Positions 1-13,419 of a stretch of 64,000 bases of DNA are shown here, piece after piece (the first letter of the stretch is position 1; every line of letters begins with the position of its first letter). The DNA lies in assembly GCF_009914755.1 (NCBI RefSeq), contig NC_060935.1; one strand, 5' to 3'. Below the pieces are notes generated by a model. The model worked only from the letters and a program-made list of their open reading frames with translations, was not told the origin of the DNA and did not search any database. Source of the stretch: the human T2T-CHM13v2.0 reference genome, Homo sapiens. Both the position numbers and the translations under genes were made by a program.

Positions 1-227
1 GAATCACCATAGGCCCTGCTGACATGTTTTTTGTTTTGGACAATCTCATAAGGGCTTTAGGTCTCACAGCACGAACCCCTCAAAGTCTACCTGGGTACAC
101 ACCACATGCAGATTTTGGTGCTTTCCCAACCTTCTTGGTACAAAGGTAAACAATTCTATTACCAGGGGTTCAGGACAGGCTAGGAAAGCCTATGAGGATA
201 TGCCAAATGCCCCGGAAGACGAAAAAC
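1..227 (-). pseudogene. RPL34 processed pseudogene (5' part; continues past the window start), same orientation as PIK3C2A
   Basis: Minus strand encodes [43 protein letters not shown], i.e. RPL34, with TGA stops at 172-170 and 82-80 (CGA>TGA) and a frameshift in the A-run. It begins with the pyrimidine leader TTTTTCGTCTTCCGGGG. Intronless. Confidence 0.92.
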
Positions 228-539
228 AGCCAGCTTCCTTTTTTTTTTTTTTTTAATTCAGTGTGAGAGCTGAGTAGTCCTCAAAGACTACCTCTAGCTG
301 CACCCTCATGCTATGTTCTCCTACCTGACACCTTTGGCTAAATTTATCTAGCAGGTTTCTTTGCCATAGGCAACTATGTATTCCTGTGAGAGCCATACTC
401 TCTTCAAAGAGACTAAATTTCAGTCTAAGGTTCGGGGAGAGACTTTATCACAGTCCTCAGAGTGTTTTACTGTCCTTTTTTCCTCAGCCTAGAGGTGACA
501 GCTGCTTTTATGCACCTCCTATCGCTGGACCCCTTAGAG

Positions 540-769
540 TAGGGTTGGCAAACTTTTCCTTTAAAAGGCCAGTTAGTAAATATTTTAGGCTTTGTGGGCC
601 ATACAGTCTCTGGCACCAATTCAGCTCTGCCATTAAAACGTGAACACAGACACAAACAATACATAAACAAATGACCAAATGACTGTCACTATAGGTCCAA
701 TAAAACTTTATTTACAAAAACAGAGAGCAGGCCAGATTTGGTGTGTGAGCCATAGTATGCCAATTCCTG
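540..769 (+). mobile_element. MER58-type hAT-Charlie MITE
   Basis: Ends AGGGTTGGCAAAC / TGCCAATTCCTG; perfect 8-bp TSD ccttagag (532-539, 770-777). Confidence 0.85.
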
Positions 770-775
770 CCTTAG

Positions 776-1363
<588 letters not shown>

Positions 1364-2234
1364 TGACCTCAGGTGATCTGCCCACCTCCACCTCCTAAAG
1401 TGCTAGGATTACAGGCATGAGCCACCATGCCCTGTCTAAATTTCCCTTTTCAAGTAACTAGTACAATTTCCGTCTCCTGGCTGGCCCACGCTGATACATC
1501 TTACTACCGACATGGTCATTTCCCCAACGGCATGCCATATTTTTGCATTGGATATTTATCTAACTTTCTACCCTACATCCTGTAATACAAGCCTCCGTTA
1601 CATAAACGTCCATGTGGAAAATTCACAATATATTCAACCCCCAAATGGTATCCTATTGAAACCTTAACCACAATATCATATCTGGTTACAACCCCTTTGC
1701 TTCCAGTCCTCACACTCTGATTCTGACCAAACTCTCTTCTGTCCTCACTCCCTCATTCTGACTAAACTCTTCTCTGCTTCTTCTACCAGGCAGCTGAGCA
1801 CTTTTAGGAAAATCTTATAGATTCAACAGTCCTCAATTTCAGCACAAACTTCCACGGCACCTAAAATTCCTTTAATCTGCCCTTGGTCAGCTCTCCTTCC
1901 CATTCCCTATAGGATATTAAACCAAACCATTATTCCTTGCCTCAAAACCCCTACTGCCATCCTGACTTCATTTTAGCAAATTGAATTAACATCCTATCTT
2001 CAGAAAACTAAAGGCCAGGAGTAATCAAAACCTCTGCAACTTCCTAGCTGGGCACAGTGGTGTGTGGCTGTAATCCTAGCTACCTGAGAAGCTGAGGTGG
2101 GAGGATCTCTTGAGCCCAGGAGTTTGAAGCCAGCCTGGGTAAGACAGTGAGACCTCCATTTCTTTAAAAAAGATAAAATAAACAACAATAAAAAAAACTT
2201 CAGCAACTTCTTGATCTCCCCCTAAAATCCATCC

Positions 2235-2750
2235 AAAAGAAATTAAAACATATATCCATGGGCTCATACATAAATGTTTATAACAGCATTATTCATGATA
2301 ACCAAAAATTATAAAGTTTAAGTCCAAATGCTAATCATTTGGCAAATAAACAAAATGTGGGGTAGCCTGGAATATTTTTCAGCAAGAAAAAAGTGAACTA
2401 TAGATGCCTACTACAACATGGATGAACCTCAAAAACAGTATGGTGTGTGAAAGAAACCAGATGTAAAAAACTACATAGTACATGATTCCATGTACATGAA
2501 ATGTCCAGAAAAGGCAAAGCTATAGAAATAGGAACCAGATTAGTAGTTGTCTGGGGCTGAGGCTGGGAGTGAGGATTGACTGCAAATCAGTACAAGGAAA
2601 CTTTTTTGGGAGTGATGAGAATGTTCTAAAACTGGATTGTGGTGATAATTATACAACTCTATGCATTGGCTAAGAATCACTGAATTGTGTGCATATAATG
2701 GGTACATTTTATGATATATAAATTATACCTCAATAAAGCTATAAAAATAA
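2235..2750 (+). mobile_element. Old L1M 3' end
   Basis: GCATTATTCATGATAACCAAAA...ACAACATGGATGAACCTC...AATGTTCTAAAACTGGATTGTGGTG...AAATTATACCTCAATAAAGCT. Confidence 0.8.
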
Positions 2751-2769
2751 AGGAGGGGGATAAGTATAA

Positions 2770-4830
2770 TATAGAGTTACTATTTTAGATAAGATGGTGA
2801 GTAAAGAAATCTCTGGTGATATTTGGGCACTGACCTTAAAAAAGTGTAAGGGTGAGCCATGCAAATGTCACAGGGAAAAGCATTTAGAGGGGAACAACAT
2901 GCACAGGGGTCCCCAGTGGGGAACATAACTGGCAGATAATCAACCAGAAAAAAAACAAAGGGAAGTGATAAGAAGCCAGATCAGAGAGGTAGTGAGTCCA
3001 TACTGTGCGGAACCTTGAAGCTACAATTAGGGCTTTGAATTTTACTAAGTAAGAGAGTAAACAGGATTCTCAGTGAAGGAGTGACATGATCTAACACTTT
3101 TTAAAGGATTTACAAACGTTATCTTTTCAAAGCCCCACCTTCTGCCTTTGATTTTCTCTTATTTTGCTTTCTGCTCTTCTTTTCTTTTCCTTTTTTTTTT
3201 TTTTTTTAAGACAGGTCTCATTCACCCAGACTGGACTGCAGCAGTGTGATCTCAGCTCACTGCAACCTCTGCCTCCCGGTTTCAACCAATTCTCCTACCT
3301 CAGCCCCGAGTAGCTGAGATTACAGGTACACGCCACCATACCCGGCTAATTTTCCTATTTTCATTTTTAAAATCTTTACCTTTTAATAATTTTAAATTTA
3401 TAGACAGTTATAAAAAAATACAAAGTTTCCATATAATGTTGGAAAACTAGACTAAGTAAATCTTACATAAACCACGTTACATTTGTCTAAGCTAGACATT
3501 AACACTGGTATATTGCTATTAAGTAAATTTCAAACTTTATTCAGATTTCACCAACTTTTCCACTAATGAGCTTTTTATCTTCCAGAATATAATCCAGGAT
3601 ATCACATTACATTTAGTGACTTATTTTCAAAAGATCATTTTGGTTGCCTGTGGAAGACATACTGTAGAGGGCAGGGGTAGACACTGGGAAATTAGTAAGA
3701 AACTACTGCAGTTGACTAGAGTATAGCTTTGGTAATGATGAAAGTGCTCACATTCTAAATGTATTTTCAAGGTGGAGCTGACCAGAATTAGACTGAATGT
3801 GAAATGTATAAGATCTTTTTCTTGAGACATCAAGGATGACTCCAGGGTTTTGGTCTGAGCAAATGGAAGACAAAGTTGCCATTTATTAAAAAGGGAAATA
3901 ATGAGGTCAAGTTATGCATGTGTAGGGAAGGGGGTATATGAGGTATCTCTGTACCTTCCTCTCAGTTTGCTCTGAACCTAACATTGCTCTCAAAAAATAA
4001 ACTCTTAAAAAGAGAAAGGAAAGGTCGATGGATGAATAGATATGATGGGTACTATAAAAAATTCAGTTTTGTACATCTTAAATTTGAGATGTCAATTAAT
4101 TAGATATTCACATAAAGATGTCAAGTAATAGATATTTGAGTCTGGAGATGTGGAAAAGGTTAAGGTTAGACATATAAATTTCAGAGTCAATCAGTATAGG
4201 GATATACCAAGATCACCTAGGATGTGAATACAGAGAGAAGAGGTCCTAGAACTGAGCCCTGGGGATATGCTAATGTTTGGTAGTCAGGAAGATAAGGAAG
4301 AAGCCACAAGTAAGAGTGAGACAGAGCAGCTAATGGAAATAAGGAAAGCAGAAGGTGGTATCCCAGATGCCAACTAAGTATTTCAAAAAGAAAGACATGA
4401 TCAACTGTATCAAAAAATACAGACAGGTTGAGAAAAATAAAGACTTGGTGGGCACAGTGGCTCACACCTGTAATCTTAACACTTTGGGAGGCCGAAGCAA
4501 GATGATTGTTTGAGCCCAGGAGTTCAAGACCAGCCCAGACAACACAGAGAAATCTGCAAGGGGTTGCAGCTGCAGTGATCTGTGATCACTCCAGCTTGGG
4601 TGACAGAGTGACACCCTGTCATCCATCCATCCATCGATCCATCCATCAACAGATTAGGAACTGACTACTGAATTCAGGATCATGGAAGTCCTTGATGACC
4701 TTAATAAGTACAGTTTCAGGGAAGTACTAAACTGATTGGAGTGGGCATATAAGAGAATGGGAAGAAAGGAATTGGAAGCTGTAAAACCACTTAACTTTCA
4801 GAAGTTTTGTGGCAAGGAGAATAGAGAAAT
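2770..4830 (-). mobile_element. L2 fragments interspersed with Alu and L1 pieces
   Basis: L2-typical stretches GAGTGACATGATCT, CAAGGATGACTCCAGGGTTTT and GGTCCTAGAACTGAGCCCTGGG. Confidence 0.6.
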
Positions 4831-5395
4831 GGTGTGGCTCCTGCGGCAGGGGGCGGGGTGGGGATTTTTTTTTTTTTAAGATGGGCAACTCTTCATCTAC
4901 AATGATTTTCCTGGTGACCTCATCCTGCCTATGGCTGCAAAATACAATTTATATTCTGATGATTTCCAAGTTTATTATCTCTAGCCTGGACACTCCATAC
5001 GAAACTCCAGATTCTAGTAAACTCCAGCTTACCAGAGATATTCAGTGAATATTTTTGAATAAATATATTTATATGTTGATAAGAATGTACTTGTAGATAA
5101 AAATATGGAAGCCATCCTACACTCATACTCTTTCCCCTTCACTCACATCTCATCACCTATTAAAATCTTTTCAATTTTATCTCCTAAATATTGTTAATCA
5201 GTTCTCTCCTTTTTAACTTCTCCATGCTCTTTATCTTTCACCTGGACTGCTATAAAAACCTTTCTAAATATTCGCTCTGAAACCAATCCCAACCTGAAAT
5301 CTAACTTCCACAATACAGCCAGAGTGATTTCAGATCACAGGACTAAACAATTCACCCAACCCACCCTAGGCTAAAAACACCTTAAGTGGCTAGAG

Positions 5396-5940
<545 letters not shown>

Positions 5941-6514
5941 CCTAGAAGATAAAGTAAAATTCCTTAACATGGATTATAAGGATAATAATCACATAGCTAT
6001 CTCCAATGTCATCTGCCAATCTTCATTTTATACTTTGTACTCTATCACAGAATTGCTTATACTTCCATGTAAATATCACACCTATCTGCTTTTGTTTATA
6101 TACCCTTCCCAATTTTTTCTTGCTAACTGTGTAAGACTTGGTTCAGGGAACATCCCTTCTAAGAGGCCTTCTTTGAACCCTCAACTTAGGTAAGGTGCTC
6201 TTCCTTGATTTCCATAACTGCAAGGCATACCTCTATAATACATTTTACTATACTATATTGAAGTTTTGTTTAAATCCCTCACCACTAGTTTTTAAGTTCC
6301 TGATAGGTGGGGACTAGGTCATTCATTTTCATAACTCTAGCATTCAGCATATAGTAAGCATCCAATAAATGCTTTTAGAGATGAACTGAAGGTTCTTCTT
6401 GGCAACAGAGCTGAAGTGAGAATAAACATGTTAATTTAAGCATTACTGAAAATTTTGGGGGTAAGTTAGGTCCGAAAACAAGACATGAAACATTAATGTC
6501 AAGAATATAGTCTT

Positions 6515-6812
6515 GGCTGGGCACGGTGTCTCATGCCTGTAACCCTAGCACTTTAGATGGCCAAGGTGGGAGGATCACTTGAGGTCAGGAATTCGAGACC
6601 AGCCTGGCCAACATGGTGAAACCCCATCTCTACTAAAAAATATAAAAATTAACCAGACATGGTGATGCATGCCTCTAATCCCAGCTACTCAGGAGGCTGA
6701 GGCAGGAGAATCATTTGAACCAGGAGGCAGAGGTTGCAGAGAGCCGAGATCGTGCCACTGCACTCCAGCCTGAGCAACACATGGAGACTCAGCCTCAAAA
6801 AAAAAAAAAAAA
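6515..6812 (+). mobile_element. AluS, full length
   Basis: GGCTGGGCACGG...CTC followed by an A16 tail. Confidence 0.93.
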
Positions 6813-6814
6813 GT

Positions 6815-7440
6815 CTTTAAGCTTTAATGACTGCCCTATTGGATTTTGGACTTGCATGGGGCCTGTAGCCCCTTTGTTTTGGCCAATCTCTCCCATTTGG
6901 AACGGCTGTATTTACCCCACGCCTGTACCTCCATTGTATCCAGGAAGTAACTAACTTGCTTTTGATTTTACAGGCTCATAGGTGGAAGGGATTTGCCTTG
7001 TCTCAGATGAGACTTTGGACTTGAACTTTTGGGTTAATGCTGGAATGAGTTAAGACCTTGGGAGACTATTTGAAGGGCATGATTGTGTTTTGAAATGTGA
7101 GGACATGACATTTAGGAGGGGCCAGGGGCACAATGATGTGGTTTGGCTCTATGTCCCCCCCAAATCTCACCTTGAAATGTAATAATCCCCACGTGTCAAG
7201 GGTGGGACCAGATGGCAATAAACTGAATCATGGGGGTGGTTTCCCCCATGCTGTTCTCATGATAGTGAGTGAGTTTTCATGAGATCTGACGATTTTATAA
7301 TGGGTCCCGTTCACTTGACACTCATTCTCTCTTGCTGCCCTGTGAAGAGGTGCCTTCTTCCATGATTTAAGTTTCCTGAGGCCTCCCCAGTCATGTTGAA
7401 CTGTAAGTCAATTAAACCTATTTTCTTTATAAATTAAAAA
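6815..7440 (+). mobile_element. THE1-family MaLR: 3' end of internal region plus LTR truncated at its poly(A) site
   Basis: Internal-region motifs (GGACTTGCATGGGGCCTGTAGCCCC, polypurine tract AGGAGGGGCCAGGGGC). LTR starts TGATGTGGTTTGGCT at 7134; ATTAAA at 7411-7416. Sequence stops about 20 nt later in a short A-run, with no U5 and no terminal CA. Confidence 0.88.
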
Positions 7441-7557
7441 GAAGAATATAGTCTTAAAAGTCCTAAAATATTTAATCCAATGCCAACACTACCATTTAAG
7501 AGAAAGAAGCAGCAAGAATCTTTAAGTCATTATGCCAAAATGTGAATTAAGACTTAC

Positions 7558-7621
7558 TTCAATTTGAAGAGCCAGTTCTACTTGGTTGTGATAAGAATCT
7601 AAGAGTTCTTCAACAGGGTGT
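7558..7621 (-). CDS. PIK3C2A: PIK3C2A coding exon (64 nt; [21 protein letters not shown])
   Basis: Acceptor tgtttctttcAG|ACAC, donor GAA|GTAAGT. Phase 2 to 0. Separated from the previous exon by a 131-nt intron. Ends at c.1704. Confidence 0.96.
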
Positions 7622-7752
7622 CTGAAAGAAACAACAGTTATTGTGGCTGAAGGATGCTACACACAAAATGATTGTTTTCATCACCAAAATAAGTGTATTT
7701 GCATCCAAAAACAAAGTCTGAAAACCTGCAATTAATGCTTTAGATGATATAC

Positions 7753-7832
7753 CTCGTCATGGCTTCTTTGCAAGGTTTTTCTATTTGATACAGGTGTTTG
7801 TTTAAATCCACGGGTGTTTCATCATCTTCTGC
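7753..7832 (-). CDS. PIK3C2A: PIK3C2A coding exon (80 nt; [27 protein letters not shown])
   Basis: Acceptor tgtttgtttAG|GCA, donor ACGAG|GTATAT. Phase 0 to 2. Ends at c.1640. Confidence 0.96.
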
Positions 7833-8441
7833 CTAAACAAACACATATACACAAAAAAATCACATCCACTCTTTGGTCTTTCTATTGTCAAATTAAATAT
7901 AGTTAAGTGTATGATAAAATCTTGCAACTAAAGTGTTTTTCTGAGAACTGAAAATAAAATTCTATCAGAATTAAATATTATTTGTAACTGACTCAGAAAA
8001 AAAGTGAGTCAACATCCTGAAAAAAAACTTGTTTGTTAAATGGAAAACATAAATGCTTTCAAGCCTACTTTCAGATATATAAATAGCTTTTGGAACAAAA
8101 ACTACTTCTGTTCTATATATAGAGAATAGAGAGCTAAAAACACTAAAGATGGCTGATAGCCAAATGCATATGGGGTAGAAAACAGATGGAGGTCATTTAA
8201 ATTTCTGCATTATTTTTTCTAATGATAATCAATTTTCCTCCCACTCCCCATCATGAACAAGGTACTCGCTCTTCTACCCTAAGTCTACATTACGCAAATG
8301 TAGTCAAGAACATCATTCCTGAAAGGGCGCGGTGGCTCACGCCTGTAATCCCAGCACTTTGGGAGACCAAGGTAGGTGAATCATTTGAGGCCAGGAGTTC
8401 GAGACCAGCCTGGCCAACACACCAAAAACCCGTCTCTACTA

Positions 8442-8639
<198 letters not shown>

Positions 8640-9406
8640 TTAAGAAACTAAGAAGAAAAGTTACCAATGACTGCTAAAATGTACCAAATTTTATGAAATA
8701 GTCTTTACCCAATTGAAATGAATTCTACCTAACATAAAAGCAAAACTCAAGAAAACCAAGAAAAAAAGAAAGCAGACATCACTGATATTTTTCCATCCAA
8801 AATTCTAACAAATAAAGAATAATTCTCTTTAGAGATTAAAAATTCGATTTTAAGTTCATCAAGGGTTCACGCAGTAAAACAAAATGGCTAAATTTGCTGC
8901 ATTCTATTTTGCTTTAACCTCAAAAGAAAGCATTGAAAGCACTTTTTTTTTTAAACAGCATCCACCTACTGAAAGTAGTGAACTTTTAAAACAGGGAATT
9001 AGTTTTCATTTTGTGATGAATAATTTATTTTTCTCAGTTTGGTACAAAGGTCAGTGTGGATTTTCTTTTCATCCCCAACCCATATTTAGTATTCAAAATT
9101 TTTCCTTCTTCCCCATTTTTCCCTGACTCACCCTGATGTTTTCACTCTTGTATAAAGCTATTACCAACCAAATTTTAATTTCTCCACTTTGATTTTCAAA
9201 TATGCCTCTACCTCTAAGGACTATGTTACCTAAACCTCCATGATTGAACATCTCCCCTCATTTGCTAAGAAGATTCCTGTTGAGGATGAGTTCATCACCC
9301 CATTCTAACTATGAAATCATGAAAAATGTACAAGTTGAAAATTGGCAAATTAGCAGAATTATTCAGATTCAAACAAATGGAATTCAGTTATGAGGTACAC
9401 ACTTAC

Positions 9407-9518
9407 TGTTCGGGCCAGATTTTGACACATTGCACTGAAGGTCAAGAGTTGTAGTCTAATTTCTGTGTCCCATTTTCGACAGTTTTGAATATGCTCATGA
9501 CTTCCAAGGCAATGATTA
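9407..9518 (-). CDS. PIK3C2A: PIK3C2A coding exon (112 nt; [37 protein letters not shown])
   Basis: Acceptor atcttaacAG|TAAT, donor ACA|GTAAGT. Phase 2 to 0. Confidence 0.96.
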
Positions 9519-9888
9519 CTGTTAAGATATATTAATTATTCACTATTCTATTCAAATTAGAAATTATAAAGGTGAGGGTAAAATTTAAATTGCACCTGCA
9601 TCAGAAATTGAAGAGAATGGTGAAACAGAGACAGTTTTAAAATCAAGTCTGAGCATTTAAACAGAGAAATTATTCTGTACGAGAAGAGTCAATGTAAAAA
9701 AGAAAGAAGATGAAGACAAAGATGAAGAAGGAAATAAGAAAAATCGGGACAGGGCATTTCTAGCAGCCTAGGAGAATAAAATCTGTAAAACAACTGGACT
9801 AAATGCTAGATATAATGAATTACAAGGCTGGGCACAGTGGCTGACACCTGTAATCCCAGCACTTTGGGAGGCCGAGGCGGGTGGATCA

Positions 9889-10145
<257 letters not shown>

Positions 10146-10556
10146 TCATATAATGATTATTTCAGGCAACTAAAAGGAAATCACAGCTGACTACTGTGCA
10201 TAAAGTAACAGTGCATGTTGCAAGAGGAATATAGTCTATAATGATGTGACTATTGACTCTTTACAGTAAGAAAGACCCATTATATCACTTATTAACCAAC
10301 TGCCTGAAACTCTTCCTGTAAAGACTACAAGCTCCTTAAGGGAATACAATGTCTCACTTATCTCTGAAACCCCACCACTGTCTTAGACATGACATCTTAG
10401 ACATTATATATTTCAATAAAAGTTTATTGATTCAATAAATCAATTCAATAGGATCCAATGTATTTCTGCATTATAAATTTAACTTGAAATTTTTCTAGAT
10501 TAAACCATTAAAAATGAAATTTCCAAGGATGTTGCTCAGTAGTTAAATAAACTTAC

Positions 10557-10677
10557 TTCTGCAGCACTTCCTCTTGACCACAAACTTTTAGAACATAGCT
10601 GCCAACATCTACTTGATTCAAGTCATCATGTACCCAGCAAAGGGCTTGCATTATAATGATTTCTACAGTAGAACTCA
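10557..10677 (-). CDS. PIK3C2A: PIK3C2A coding exon (121 nt; [41 protein letters not shown]), Ras-binding domain
   Basis: Acceptor ctcttttacAG|TGAG, donor CAGAA|GTAAGT. Phase 1 to 2. YVLKVCG is typical of PI3K RBDs. Confidence 0.96.
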
Positions 10678-10754
10678 CTGTAAAAGAGTTAGTCATTATT
10701 TTCACTTTGCTCATTTATATTTATTCAAGACTGTATTACTTATAATTTAAGACA

Positions 10755-11380
10755 GCAGTATACAATAGAAATATAATGTAGTCCACAAATGTAGGCCACA
10801 TATATAATTTTAAATTTTCTAGTTGCCACATTGAAAAAAGTAAATGGAAAGAGGTGAAGCTAATTTTAATAATATGTTTTATTTAACCTAATACAGTTGG
10901 CCCTCTATATATGTTGGTTCTGCATCTGTGGATTCACCAATCTTGGAACAAAAATACTTGAAAAGAAAAAAACTGCATCTGTACTGAATATGTACACACT
11001 TTTTTTCTTGTCATTATTCCTTAAACAATACAGTACAGCATATATTTACATAGCATTTACATTGTATTAGGTATTATAACTAATCTAGAGATGATTTAAA
11101 ATATACAGGAGTATTACACATTGTATGCCTGTATCAAAACATCACGTTACCCTTTCCCTTTGATACTTTAAAAAAAATCACATGTACCCCATAAATATAT
11201 ATATACCTACTATGTACCCATACAAGTTAAAAATTTAAAAATTAAACTAAAAATAAATAAGGTATACAGGAGGATGTGCATCAGTTGTATGATAATACTA
11301 TGTCTTTTATATCAGGGATTTGAGCATCCTGGGATTTTGGTATCTGAAGGGGGTCCTGGAAACAATCCCCCACAGATGAT
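10755..11380 (+). mobile_element. Nested fossils: MER33 5' half (~10755-10893) > MER2 (~10894-11380) > old L1 3' end (~11112-11260)
   Basis: MER33 motif CCACATATATAATTTTAAATTTTCTAG. MER2 motifs CAGTTGGCCCTC...GGATTCACCAA and GGGGTCCTGGAAACAATCCCCC. L1 tail TGTACCCCATAAATATAT...TATGTACCCA flanked by a tatacaggag duplication. Family names are from recalled consensus sequences. Confidence 0.75.
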
Positions 11381-12387
11381 ATTTAGCAGTATCTAGCAAA
11401 CAATGATTTAAAATGAATTATAAGAAAAAGATTCACCATTTTAAATGTTTGACATTTGCCTGGTATATTTTCCAATGAAAAATAAAAATACAGCAGGTAG
11501 GCTGTATTTTTGAGATGGGGTCTAACTCTGTCACCCTCACTGCAGTGAGCCAAGATCATGCCACTGCACTCCTGCCTGGGTGGCAGAGTGAGACTCTCTC
11601 TCAAAAAACAACAACAACAACAAAAAAACACAAAACTTTTCCTTTAACAACTAAAAGAATAATTGTTACAGTAGCTAATGGTTTTCTGTTTCAGATTTAT
11701 ATTTTTTCAAAGGGCCTTCAAAAGTACAAAGCTAGAAAGAATGTATCTGAATATTAGACACATTCCTAGTCATAACCATTAAAGAATAAAAACAGCATAA
11801 TTCTTAGGCCAAAGTACTGTAGAAATACAGGATCTCATTCCTTGGTTGGAATCCCGTTAAGATAATATATATTATGAAATGCAATAAACTCTGCAAGGAA
11901 ATAAAATTAGTTTTTAAAACTATAAAAAAAATTTCCTACAGACTTTGGGAATACATCTCTAGAGAGGACACCCATACCAAGTTTGGAAGAAAGGATTAAA
12001 ATAAAAGAGAATTATCTTCTCCACAGAAGAACTTAGCAAGATATCTGGAATTTCAATTTCACTGACAGCTCTTTATAAGCAAGCATGCTTCCTGTCATAA
12101 AATGAAGGAGAAAAATAAAGAATTAAATTATAATTAGCTTTTCTATCTAATGCTTTTCAGCCTTGGCCAAGAGCCACTGATTAACAAAAGTTACTTAGCA
12201 CTTTTCAGATAATTATCTATTTATAAAGGTAACCTGATTCCCCACTAGTTCTAACGAGAAAACTATCCATATGAATGCCAAAAAGACACATAACAAAATT
12301 GGTTTATTAAAAGAATGATAATATTGATATTTTAAACATTTCCCCCTAACAGAGCAAAACGAGAGGCTTGAGGAACCATAAACCTAC

Positions 12388-12545
12388 CATCACACGTAAA
12401 AGTAACTGGTAGCTGAAATCCTTCAATGTCAATGGAGACCTTCACACTAGCATTTTCTCCGCATATGTTTCTTTGCGCTGTGACTGGACTTAACAAATAG
12501 CCTGGGTTTGTGCGGTGATTGGTATATGGAAATTTGGTCTTCAAT
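12388..12545 (-). CDS. PIK3C2A: PIK3C2A coding exon (158 nt; [10 protein letters not shown]...LPVTFTCD), start of Ras-binding domain
   Basis: Acceptor cttgtgaacAG|ATTG, donor GATG|GTAGGT. Phase 2 to 1. Matches ORF 12332..12553. Confidence 0.96.
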
Positions 12546-13419
12546 CTGTTCACAAGAAAGAAGAAATTAAATTCTTTTTTAAAAAAACTTCATTTGAGGG
12601 CTCTGAACAAGGCTTTACATGTTTACAGCCACTCAGTTCTGTGTCTTTGTCCAACTCAAGCAGCTCATGAAACTGCAATGAATGAGCTCCTGTTGAAACT
12701 CCAAATACCAGCATTTTCCTTTTAAATAAAAGAAACCCAAGGAAAAGGAAGAGATGAACTACTGCCAGGATATCTTTGGTAACATTATCAACACTACCCA
12801 AGCACATGTTTGGATAAATGGCATTTTAAATGAGGTCCTCTGCTTAAAAATCTTTTGCCACACAGTACAATTACACAAAATGGTACCTTTTAAATTATTC
12901 TATAGGCAATGTAGTCCTAAAACTATAATGGCCAAAAGGATAACAAGTTGGTTGTCTTAAAAAATATTTTTCTTCTAAGGACCTTTTTCGTACAAACATT
13001 GTTTTTGGCTGCTAGATAATGAACAAAATATAGACAATGGTTTTTTACAGTGCTACAAGGCCTTTCTTCCCTCAAAGTGGTTTCTAAAACTTAGGGAATT
13101 GAAAGAACTGCCTGTGAAGGTATTCATAGGAGCAACACAGTTTAAAATTAAATACATGAATGTGGTGTATGGCTCATCTCCAGCCAGCACTGCTGTTATC
13201 GTAAGACAAAGATTTGATAACTTCTTTACACTTGTGAGCTCTTTTAAACTGACTTTTTAGAAGACAGGTACCAGTCCTCCTTCCTGCTTTTCATAGGGCT
13301 ATGAATGGAATGAATGCTAGAAGTATTGTATACTTGCTTCTGTAGAGATTAAAATAATCAGGTCACATAAGTAGAATAAAACAGCTTGAGATGACAGAAA
13401 AAGGTTCTGGAGAGGTAGC

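Noticed and set aside
1706-1775. Degenerate 35-bp tandem duplication; also small duplications at 21363-21396, 35869-35900, 50501-50531 and 58522-58539, and a (GTN)n stretch at 57280-57301
   Set aside because: Ordinary slippage events with no sign of function.
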